Below are positions 55,019 through 62,782 of a stretch of 64,000 nucleotides of DNA, piece after piece (the first letter of the stretch is position 1; every line of letters starts with the position of its first letter). The notes beneath the pieces are model-generated. The model had not been told where the DNA came from and did no database searches. It was given only the letters and a program-made list of their open reading frames with translations. The DNA comes from Woeseiaceae bacterium (GTDB lineage Bacteria > Pseudomonadota > Gammaproteobacteria > Steroidobacterales > Woeseiaceae). Both the position numbers and the translations under genes were made by a program. Where the stretch lies: positions 10,731 to 74,730 of the forward strand of contig JASJBG010000005.1 of assembly GCA_030066625.1 (NCBI GenBank), written 5' to 3'.

Positions 55019-56203
55019 ATGAGCTTCACGGATTCCCAGCTGGCGCGGCTGCGCGCCGAAACACCGGCCTGCGAGAAGCTGATTCATTTCAATAACGCGG
55101 GTGCGGCGCTGATGCCGGACCCCGTGTTCGAAGCCGTTACGAATCACCTCGAGCTCGAGCGCCGGATCGGCGGCTACGAGGCCGCGGCCGCGGCAAGCGA
55201 AACGCTGGAGGCCTTCTACACGGGTTTCGCGGCGCTGCTCGGCGCCGAGCCCGGCGAGATCGCGTTCGTCGAGAACGCGACGCGCGCGTGGGACATGGCG
55301 TTCTACGCAATGCCGCTCGAGCCCGGCGATCGGATCATCAGCCATGCGTCGGAGTACGCGTCCAACTATCTTGCCTTCCTGCAGCTCGCGAAGCGGCGCG
55401 GCGTTGAAATCGATATCGCGCCGTCCGATAAGTCCGGGCAGATCGACGTCGAGCGGCTGGAGTCGGTGCTGACGCCGAAGACCCGGATGATCAACCTTGT
55501 GCACGTGCCGACGCAGGGCGGGTTGGTGAACCCGGCCGAAGACGTCGGCCGCTTCGCGCGCGAGCACGGTCTCGTCTATTTCCTCGATGCCTGCCAGTCG
55601 GTGGGCCAGATCGACCTGGACGTTGCGAAGATCGGCTGCCACGTTCTGTCGGGCACGGGCCGCAAGTTCCTCCGCGGACCGCGCGGCACCGGGTTCCTGT
55701 ATGTGTCCGATGAAATCCTCGAGCAACTGGATCCGCCGTTCATCGATATGCGTGCCGCAACCTGGACCGGGCCTTCTGAATACCAGCTCGCTCCGGGCGC
55801 GCGCCGCTTCGAGAACTGGGAGAGCTTCGTCGCGGGCCGCGTCGGCCTCGCAAAGGCCGTCGAGTATGCGCAGGAGATCGGCATCGCCGCTATCGAGGAA
55901 CGGGTTACAAGCCTCGGGGCGCGCCTTCGCGATTCACTGGCCGCGATCGACGGAGTCGAGGTTCGCGACCTGGGTCAGCGCAAAGCCGGCATCGTGACCT
56001 TCGACTCCACGCGTGAATCCGCGAGTGATCTCGCGCAGCGTCTTCTTAAGGCCGGCGCGAATGTCTCCGTTGCCTATCGCGAGTCGGCACAGCTCGATTT
56101 CACGGCGCGCCGGATCGAAGAACTCGTTCGCGCGTCCGTGCACTACTACAACACCGACGAGGAGATAGAGCGCTTCTGCGAGTTGGTTTCGCACGGCACT
56201 TGA
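55019..56203 (+). CDS. Class V aminotransferase-fold PLP enzyme (cysteine desulfurase / epimerase-like)
   Basis: Start MSFTDSQLARLRAETP (55019). ...HVLSGTGRKFLRGPRGTGFLY (PLP-Lys block). FNNAGAAL N-terminal block. Confidence 0.85.
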   Translation: MSFTDSQLARLRAETPACEKLIHFNNAGAALMPDPVFEAVTNHLELERRIGGYEAAAAASETLEAFYTGFAALLGAEPGEIAFVENATRAWDMAFYAMPLEPGDRIISHASEYASNYLAFLQLAKRRGVEIDIAPSDKSGQIDVERLESVLTPKTRMINLVHVPTQGGLVNPAEDVGRFAREHGLVYFLDACQSVGQIDLDVAKIGCHVLSGTGRKFLRGPRGTGFLYVSDEILEQLDPPFIDMRAATWTGPSEYQLAPGARRFENWESFVAGRVGLAKAVEYAQEIGIAAIEERVTSLGARLRDSLAAIDGVEVRDLGQRKAGIVTFDSTRESASDLAQRLLKAGANVSVAYRESAQLDFTARRIEELVRASVHYYNTDEEIERFCELVSHGT

Positions 56204-56249
56204 ACAGAGACATTCTGCGCGACCGCGATGAGGCTTCTATAATTGGCTC

Positions 56250-57026
56250 ATGTCGCGCTATCGGAACATTCCCTGGCAGCAGATTTCCGTCGAGGCGATC
56301 GCGATCGTCGTCAGCATATTGCTCGCGTTCTGGATTGACGCGAAGTGGCAGGACCACCTCGAACGGGCCGAGGAACTGGAGATCCTGCACTCGATACGCG
56401 CCGAACTGGATCAGAATCTCGCGGCTATCGAACAGCAGCTGGACTTCCGCGCTGAGCAGCAGGCCGTCATCCAGATACTGTTCGATGCCTCGGACAACAA
56501 GCTCGAGCTCTCCAGTGACAAGTTTGATGAGCATGTCGCAAACCTGACGTACTGGGCGAGAACCGGCTTCAAGACCGGGGCGTTGGACAGCCTGATCCAG
56601 GGCGGCCAGCTAGGCCTGGTATCGACCCAGGAGCTGCGCGCGGTACTTTCGTCCCTGCAGCGGGAATACCGCTGGGTCGACGATATCGAGAAGGCGGACG
56701 AGCAGTTTGCCCGCAATTACTTTGATCCGTTCCTGATGAAGAACGCCTTCTTTCCCCAGATCGCCAATGCGATCACCGCCGACTCGCCGGTGCTGGTCCC
56801 TGCCACGACCAACTACGCGCAGGGGCCCGGTGTAGATCACCGCGAGCTGCTCGCGAATCGTGAGTTTCTCGGACTGCTCGTGCAGGAGCGATACAACCAG
56901 GAAGACGCGATCTTCAACCTCTGTGAGCTTGCGCTGCGGATTCACGCTGTCGCGAACGACATCGATCGCCATATCGGCGAGTCATCACCGGCCCGTGAAC
57001 CGGGTCGATTGGCCGGTTGCCCCTAG
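56250..57026 (+). CDS. N-terminally anchored membrane protein, unknown function (DUF6090-like pattern)
   Basis: ISVEAIAIVVSILLAFWIDAKWQD anchor, then a helical domain. Family resemblance is from memory only. Confidence 0.55.
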   Translation: MSRYRNIPWQQISVEAIAIVVSILLAFWIDAKWQDHLERAEELEILHSIRAELDQNLAAIEQQLDFRAEQQAVIQILFDASDNKLELSSDKFDEHVANLTYWARTGFKTGALDSLIQGGQLGLVSTQELRAVLSSLQREYRWVDDIEKADEQFARNYFDPFLMKNAFFPQIANAITADSPVLVPATTNYAQGPGVDHRELLANREFLGLLVQERYNQEDAIFNLCELALRIHAVANDIDRHIGESSPAREPGRLAGCP

Positions 57027-57035
57027 CCGCCGCCT

Positions 57036-58067
57036 TCAGGCAGCGGCGTGTGCTACCGGCGGAGCGTCCTCCTCCTCATCGGGTGCAGCTGGGTCGAGCC
57101 CGGTTTGGTCGAGCGCGATCGGCGAGACGAAGCCGTCCGGCTTGACCGTGAGCACGGAGCAGTTGATGTCCCCCAGCACCGATTCGGCCGTACTGCCGAT
57201 GAGCAGGCCGGGGATATCGGCTCGCGCCACGCTGCCCATGACCAGTAGCTCGATGTCATGAGCCTCAACGAAATCGGGAATGACCTGCCGCGCCGTACCC
57301 TTGATGACGTGCCAGTTCGGGATCGTCGCGTGCGGCACTTCACGTTCGAACCAGCGCGCCAGGAGCGACTGTGCATTTCGGGCCCGGTTGTCCGTCTCAT
57401 CGACCAGCGAATCGATTCGCGCGTCGTCGATCTTGAGGAACGGGCTGTTGCGCATGGACTCCTCGCCAATCAGCTGCCACGTGCTCAGAACGAGTAACCT
57501 GGCGTTGGTCATCTCGGCGAGTTCGGCCGCTACCTTCAGCGTCTTTCGATGCAGGTCGCGCGATTCGTCGTCCATCGCGAGCGGGTCGACCGTGGCAAGC
57601 ACGCGTCTTGCCGTATCCTTGCGCGCTGCGTTGATCGTCCAGACAGGTATCGGCGATTTGCGGATCAGGTGCATGTCGGTGCTGCCGAAGTTGCGGTTCC
57701 GTGACCCGCCCTCCCTGTCGGATACCTTGACGGTGAGCTCGCAGCCCGTATTGACGGCCTCGCGAATGATCTCGACGAACGGCACGCCGTCGAGGACTTT
57801 GACTTCCGCGGTACGGGCCTTCTCGTCATCACGACTGGCCAGGTACCGCTTAAGATGGTCCTTGCGATGTTCGAGAACGAGCTGCCGCAGTTCCGAGCCA
57901 TCGATAACGTCGGACAGCGCTTTGGTGTATGCGTCGAGGTACGAGTAGACGTCGATGACGGTCAGGTCCGCGTCGCTTTGTCTCGCCATCGCCAGGGCGT
58001 GGTCGATAGCCCGCTCACTGCCGGGCTGCTGCTGAACCACGACGAGAATTCGCTTTCTGTTTGTCAT
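57036..58067 (-). CDS. Tandem universal stress protein (UspE-like)
   Basis: Start MTNRKRILVVV (58067) with a GGGGG Shine-Dalgarno. Two Usp domains, the second ending ...LLVMGSVARADIPGLLIGSTAESVLGDINCSVLTVKP. Confidence 0.85.
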   Translation of the reverse strand: MTNRKRILVVVQQQPGSERAIDHALAMARQSDADLTVIDVYSYLDAYTKALSDVIDGSELRQLVLEHRKDHLKRYLASRDDEKARTAEVKVLDGVPFVEIIREAVNTGCELTVKVSDREGGSRNRNFGSTDMHLIRKSPIPVWTINAARKDTARRVLATVDPLAMDDESRDLHRKTLKVAAELAEMTNARLLVLSTWQLIGEESMRNSPFLKIDDARIDSLVDETDNRARNAQSLLARWFEREVPHATIPNWHVIKGTARQVIPDFVEAHDIELLVMGSVARADIPGLLIGSTAESVLGDINCSVLTVKPDGFVSPIALDQTGLDPAAPDEEEDAPPVAHAAA

Positions 58068-58080
58068 GCCTACCCCCGAT

Positions 58081-58102
58081 TCAGGCTTGTGTGGAAGCCT
58101 GA
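58081..58102. other. Hairpin TCAGGCTT-GTGTGG-AAGCCTGA between ppc and the usp start
   Basis: Perfect 8-bp stem. It could end the ppc transcript or structure the usp leader. No T tract. Confidence 0.3.
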
Positions 58103-58202
58103 TCATCGCGCAGGTTGCGACTTCGGAATAGTCGTATTAACGGGGGTTTGGCATCGGCCTGCTCGAATGCTGGACAAGCATGCTGTTAGCCTGGCCGTCT
58201 AT

Positions 58203-58362
58203 CCAGCCGGTGTTCTGGTCGACCAACGAAGCGCATCCGCGATCGTTTGCGTCATCCGGTATTCTGGTCGACGAGTCGCCGTTTCGCAGACGCGCAGCCT
58301 AACCAGTATTTTGGTCGAACAACGAAGCGCATCCACAAACGTTTGCGTCAACCGGTGTTCTG
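58203..58362. repeat. Tandem direct repeat (96-nt period x2, each with two sub-units) abutting and including the ppc stop region
   Basis: 58204-58271 aligns with 58298-58364 (about 56 of 66 identical). CCGGTRTTCTGGTC-like cores lie at 58203-58220, 58252-58269, 58299-58316 and 58348-58362. Confidence 0.85.
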
Positions 58363-61065
58363 AAGTCCTTGCGCGATCCCGTTCACGCTCGCGAGCAGCG
58401 CGGTGAACAGCTGCGGGTCGTCGCTGCCGGCTTCACGCCAGCGCTTCAGCAGGTCGACCTGCATCAGGCTCATCGGGTCGACGTACGGGTTCCTGAGCAT
58501 GATCGCCCGCTGCAGCGTGACGTCGCCCTCGAGCAGTTCGTCGTGTTCCGAGTACTCGAGAATCAGCTCCCTCGTCAGGTCGTACTCGGCCTCGATGATC
58601 GGGAAGAAGGTGTCGTGCAGGTCGCCGGAAAGCTCCGAGTAGAGCTTGGCGATGCCCAGGTCGGCCTTTGCGAGCACCATCTCCGCATCCGCGGTCAGCG
58701 CGCGCATGAAATACCACTCGCGGAACATGTCGCGAAACGCCGTGTCGTCGAACTGCGCGGCAGCTTTCCTGAGGCCGGAACCGAAGCCGTACCAGCCGGG
58801 CAGCACGAAGCGCGCCTGCGTCCACGAGAATACCCAGGGGATTGCCCGCAGGTTCTCTATCCCGGCTTTCGAACGCCGCGCCGACGGCCTCGAACCGATG
58901 CGCATGCGCTCGATCAGGTCGATCGGCGTGGCGCTACGGAAGTAGTCAATGAACTCCGGCGTCTCGTAGACCAGCTTGCGATACGCCGCGCGGCTCTCTT
59001 TGGCGATCACGTCCATCATGTCGTGCCATTCGGGCATGTCGTTGCCGCGGTGGTGCGGCATTGCCGTCGCCAATGCGACCGAGCCGAGGACCTGCTCAAG
59101 CGTCCTCAAGGCGATGCCGCGCAGGCCGTACTTCTCGTTGATGATCTCGCCCTGCTCGGTGACGCGCAGACGGCCATTGACCGTGCCCGGCGGCGCGCCG
59201 AGGACGGCGACGTGGGTCTTGCTGCCGCCTCGCGAGATGGTGCCGCCGCGGCCGTGGAACAGCGTCAGTTCGACGTCCTTGGACTCGACCGTCTTTACCA
59301 GGGTCTCCTGCGCGTTCTGCAGCGCCCAGCGTGCGGCGGCAAGCCCGCCGTCCTTGTTGCTGTCGGAGTAGCCGATCATGACGGTCTGGCGATTGCCGCG
59401 GGTCGCGAGGTGCTCGCGATACAGCTCGGTCGACAGCAGCGATTCCAGGATCTCCGGCCCCTTGTGCAGGTCGTCGACGGTCTCGAGCAGCGGCGCGACA
59501 TCGAGCGGTACCTCGCCACGACGGTTGTGCAGCTCGCCCCACTCGGCGAGCAGCAGCACCGAGAGGATGTCGTCCGCGCCCTGCGTCATGCTGATGATGA
59601 ACGGGCCGATGGCGCGGCGGCCGTATTTGCGGCGGCAGAACGCGATAGCCTGGAACACGGCGATGGTTTTGCGCGCCTGCGTCGACAGCTTCATCGGCAT
59701 GCCTTCGCGCGACCGGAGCGCCTCGACGATGCGGGTTACGCGGTCATCCGGGTCCCACTCCGCCCAGTCGTCTTCGCCGAGACATTCGCCGACGACGCTG
59801 CGGTGCACCTCGGCGTCCTGGCGCACGTCGAGCGTGACGAGGTGGAAACCGAAGGTTTCGATACGGCGCAGCAGGCGCTGCACGGTAAAGAGCCCTGCAT
59901 GCTGTCCCTTGTTGTCCTCGAGGCTCTCCGCGATCAGTTTGATGTCCGCCTCGAACTGCGAGACGCGCTCGTACGGGAACACGTCGTCGTCGTAGGTGGA
60001 CTGCAGCCGCGCCTGTACAAGCCTCAGGAACACGCGGTACGGCATGTCGCGATGTCGCGCCGGTACCGTGTGGTAGGCATTCTGGAAGACGTGGCGGTAT
60101 TCCTCGATGCGTGCCAGCACCTCTTCGTTGACCGTGCTGCGATCGTCGGACTGGCTGAGTTTCGCCGACAGTAGCGAACACTCCTTGTAGTACAGGTCGA
60201 GGATCAGCGATCGCTGGCGAGAAAGCGTTGCCCGGATCGTCTTGGCATTGACATTCGGATTGCCGTCCATGTCGCCGCCGACCCACGAGCCGAACTGAAC
60301 GAGCGGCGGCACATTGATCTGTTTCCCTTCATCGCCGTAGATCCGCTCGATTGCGTTCTCGACGTCCTCGTAGAACGGCGGCATCGTTCGGTACAGCACG
60401 TCGGTCATGAAGAACAGCACGTGCTCGAGCTCGTCCGACACCGTCATCTGCTCGGTCGGGTGTTCCTCGGTCTGCCAGCCCGTCGTTATCAGCAGGCGGA
60501 TATTCGCCAGCGCCGCACCTCTCTCCTGCGGCGTCATCGTCGGGTTGAGCATGTCGACGAGGTGGCGAACGATGTTCTGTTCCTTGCGCAGCATCGTGCG
60601 ACGGGTCGGCTCGGTAGGGTGTGCTGTGAAGATAGGCTCGAGGCTCAGGGTGTTGATCAGCGACTGAAGCTCGTCGGGCGTCGTCCCGTGCGCCTTGAGC
60701 TTAATCAACGTGTCTTCGAGCCCGCCCGGCTGGTGACGGCCAACGTCGCGCAGGTATTCACGGCGGCGACGGATGCGGTGCACCTTCTCGGCCGTGTTCA
60801 CCATCTGGAAGTAGGTCGAGAAGCTGCGGATAACGGACAGCGCGAACTCGGGGTCGAGATCGTCGACGAGCGCCGCGAGTTCCTCACCCGGCTTCTCGTT
60901 TTCTTCGCGACGGCGTATCGAACGCTGGCGCGCGTTCTCGACGAACTCGAACAGCTCGTCGCCACCCTGCTCGGCGATGAGCTCGCCGACCATCGTGCCG
61001 AGCGTGCGCACGTCGTCGCGGAGCGCCTGCTCCTTGTCTTCGAATATGATGTCCTGGCGGCGCAT
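58348..61065 (-). CDS. ppc: Phosphoenolpyruvate carboxylase
   Basis: VGYSDSNKDGG, FHGRGGTISRGG, TAHPTE and the invariant C-terminal GLQNTG-stop. Confidence 0.95.
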   Translation of the reverse strand: MRRQDIIFEDKEQALRDDVRTLGTMVGELIAEQGGDELFEFVENARQRSIRRREENEKPGEELAALVDDLDPEFALSVIRSFSTYFQMVNTAEKVHRIRRRREYLRDVGRHQPGGLEDTLIKLKAHGTTPDELQSLINTLSLEPIFTAHPTEPTRRTMLRKEQNIVRHLVDMLNPTMTPQERGAALANIRLLITTGWQTEEHPTEQMTVSDELEHVLFFMTDVLYRTMPPFYEDVENAIERIYGDEGKQINVPPLVQFGSWVGGDMDGNPNVNAKTIRATLSRQRSLILDLYYKECSLLSAKLSQSDDRSTVNEEVLARIEEYRHVFQNAYHTVPARHRDMPYRVFLRLVQARLQSTYDDDVFPYERVSQFEADIKLIAESLEDNKGQHAGLFTVQRLLRRIETFGFHLVTLDVRQDAEVHRSVVGECLGEDDWAEWDPDDRVTRIVEALRSREGMPMKLSTQARKTIAVFQAIAFCRRKYGRRAIGPFIISMTQGADDILSVLLLAEWGELHNRRGEVPLDVAPLLETVDDLHKGPEILESLLSTELYREHLATRGNRQTVMIGYSDSNKDGGLAAARWALQNAQETLVKTVESKDVELTLFHGRGGTISRGGSKTHVAVLGAPPGTVNGRLRVTEQGEIINEKYGLRGIALRTLEQVLGSVALATAMPHHRGNDMPEWHDMMDVIAKESRAAYRKLVYETPEFIDYFRSATPIDLIERMRIGSRPSARRSKAGIENLRAIPWVFSWTQARFVLPGWYGFGSGLRKAAAQFDDTAFRDMFREWYFMRALTADAEMVLAKADLGIAKLYSELSGDLHDTFFPIIEAEYDLTRELILEYSEHDELLEGDVTLQRAIMLRNPYVDPMSLMQVDLLKRWREAGSDDPQLFTALLASVNGIAQGLQNTG

Positions 61066-61098
61066 GTTGCTAAAGCCGTTGGTTCGGAGGGCCCTTTC

Positions 61099-61425
61099 TT
61101 AAGCCTGGTCCAGATCGTCCTGGTACTTGCGCACGAGCTCGAGAAAGCGCGGTGTCAGTCCCCGATCCTCGTAGACCGGGTCGCCGAACTCATCCTCGCG
61201 AATGACCTTGTCGCCCGGCTCGTACGGTATCGCAGCCTGCAGTTCGTCCAGCGCCGTCGTCAGCAGGTCGGTGATGACGCGTTCTTCGTCAACGCCGTCG
61301 AAAAGCTCCGCCAGGGCGTGCACGCGTGCCGCATCGTCCACCGTCAGCTGGACGGCGTAGCGCTCGCGGGTCTTCGACGGGCTTTTGTTCGTCGCCCAGG
61401 CATCGAGTAATTCTTTGTAGGTCAT
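61099..61425 (-). CDS. Small acidic conserved hypothetical protein (108 aa)
   Basis: Only the last 108 codons of the 455-aa track ORF look like protein (MTYKELLDAWATNKSPSKTRERYAVQLTVDD...). The upstream part is Ser/Arg/Ala shadow of the plus-strand gene. Confidence 0.6.
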   Translation of the reverse strand: MTYKELLDAWATNKSPSKTRERYAVQLTVDDAARVHALAELFDGVDEERVITDLLTTALDELQAAIPYEPGDKVIREDEFGDPVYEDRGLTPRFLELVRKYQDDLDQA

Positions 61426-61573
61426 GGTCGTCGTATGCCGCAGGGGCCATCCGGGCAGGCGTCGCGACAATAACAAAAACTCGTACAACTGCCCAGATAG
61501 GCGCGCTGCGGAGGTGCACCGTCCTTGGGCACGCTGGCTGGCAACCACGCTTCGCACCACGGATGGGCCAACT

Positions 61574-62740
61574 ATGGGCTTTGGACAATACGGCGAGCGT
61601 GCCGTTCCGGCCACGTCGTGCGCGCCGCTGGGCGCGTCGATCCGGGTGGGCGTCGCCGACTGCCTGGCGTCCGAGCCGGCAATGGCTCGCGTGCTGGCCG
61701 GATTGGCCGGCGTCCTGTCGACCGGCGCTCCCGCGTCGCTCCGCATTGCGGACTTCTGTCCTGCCAGCCCGCCGTCCGCGCAGTTCGCCGCTTTATGCAA
61801 AACCCTCGACGGCGCCCTCGGCCGGGCGGGGCGCCGCGGCCGAATGCTCACCGTCGTTGTCGAAGCAGGGACGATCGACCTGCAGGCAGCGTGGCAAGTT
61901 CGCTGTCGGCACCTGGCGTCGAGCGACCTGTACGCGGTGCTCCCGGAGCGGCCGCCTCTCGATGTGTTCCGACAGCTGTGGACGCTCCGCCACGAGACAC
62001 GGTTCGGAGCAGCCTCGTGGCCCGTCGTGCAGAGCCCCTGCGCCTTGCTCGACGCCGAGACGGCGAGCGACGTGCTGCCGGAGGCAGCGCTGCAGGCGAC
62101 CGCCGGGTCCGCCTGGCTGCACACGATGATCGACGCGAGCGAACTGACCGCCGCGCGGCTGGTCGAGGCATTGGATACCGCGGAGGCAGTGTTCGAGGCT
62201 GTTGCCTGGCCGACAGCAGCCATGCGCCACGATGCCTGGCTCAATCGCCGCGTCGCCGTCGAGATTTGCGGTATCGGCGACTGGCTGATCGATAACAGCA
62301 TCGATCCCGAAGGGCACGCCGCGCTTGTGCGCGTCGATGACTTGTTGGGAAGCGCCGCACGTACTCTCCAGGACCACTCGAAATCACTCGCGCGGTCGAA
62401 GCAACTACCCGCCATTGAGGCACTTGATCCGTGCAGGCAGCTCCGGCCCGGTGAGCTGAAGCGCACCTGGCAGCGTCATTGGCGCGCAGCGGTTGCTGCG
62501 TCCGCGCTCGCGCATCGCAACTTGCTCGTCACATCGCCGTGGTCGCTGTTTGCGGGCGATCATGCCGATACGCGCGTATTCAACCTTCTGCCGACACTCT
62601 CCAATGTCGATGCCTGTACGTTTCGTCGCCGTGTATCGGTTGCGCGTTGGAACGTTAATGATTTCAGGGGTTTTCACGGCCGCCTCCGGGCTGTCCTGCA
62701 ACGCTCGGCGCTGCCGTCGCTCGTTGCGGAGCGGCTATGA
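61574..62740 (+). CDS. Hypothetical protein (388 aa), unknown function
   Basis: Strong GC3 bias in this frame from the ATG at 61574 (MGFGQYGERAV...). Competing ORFs in other frames are Arg/Pro-rich shadows. Confidence 0.6.
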   Translation: MGFGQYGERAVPATSCAPLGASIRVGVADCLASEPAMARVLAGLAGVLSTGAPASLRIADFCPASPPSAQFAALCKTLDGALGRAGRRGRMLTVVVEAGTIDLQAAWQVRCRHLASSDLYAVLPERPPLDVFRQLWTLRHETRFGAASWPVVQSPCALLDAETASDVLPEAALQATAGSAWLHTMIDASELTAARLVEALDTAEAVFEAVAWPTAAMRHDAWLNRRVAVEICGIGDWLIDNSIDPEGHAALVRVDDLLGSAARTLQDHSKSLARSKQLPAIEALDPCRQLRPGELKRTWQRHWRAAVAASALAHRNLLVTSPWSLFAGDHADTRVFNLLPTLSNVDACTFRRRVSVARWNVNDFRGFHGRLRAVLQRSALPSLVAERL

Positions 62741-62782
62741 ACTACGGTACGGTTCCAAGGCCCTAAGGGGAGAGGGGACCCT

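Noticed and set aside
58203-58347. The post-ppc repeats considered as a mini-CRISPR or a small ORF (the 57855-58406 plus-strand track ORF).
   Set aside because: There are only two 96-nt units with no unique spacers and no cas genes. The plus-strand ORF is a shadow running through the usp start and the ppc end. Retained as a tandem-repeat finding instead.
61540-61556. Sigma-54-like TGGCAACCACGCTTCGC upstream of the 388-aa unknown gene.
   Set aside because: The -12 element is off-register: GC does not fall 10 nt after GG. The site also sits under 35 nt from the ATG, so it is not a convincing RpoN promoter.
61426-62466. N-terminal 347 residues of the 455-aa minus-strand ORF 61099-62466.
   Set aside because: The composition is Ser/Ala/Arg-rich and it lies antisense to the plus-strand frame that shows strong GC3 bias. 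Only the last 108 codons (from the ATG at 61425) look like a real protein.
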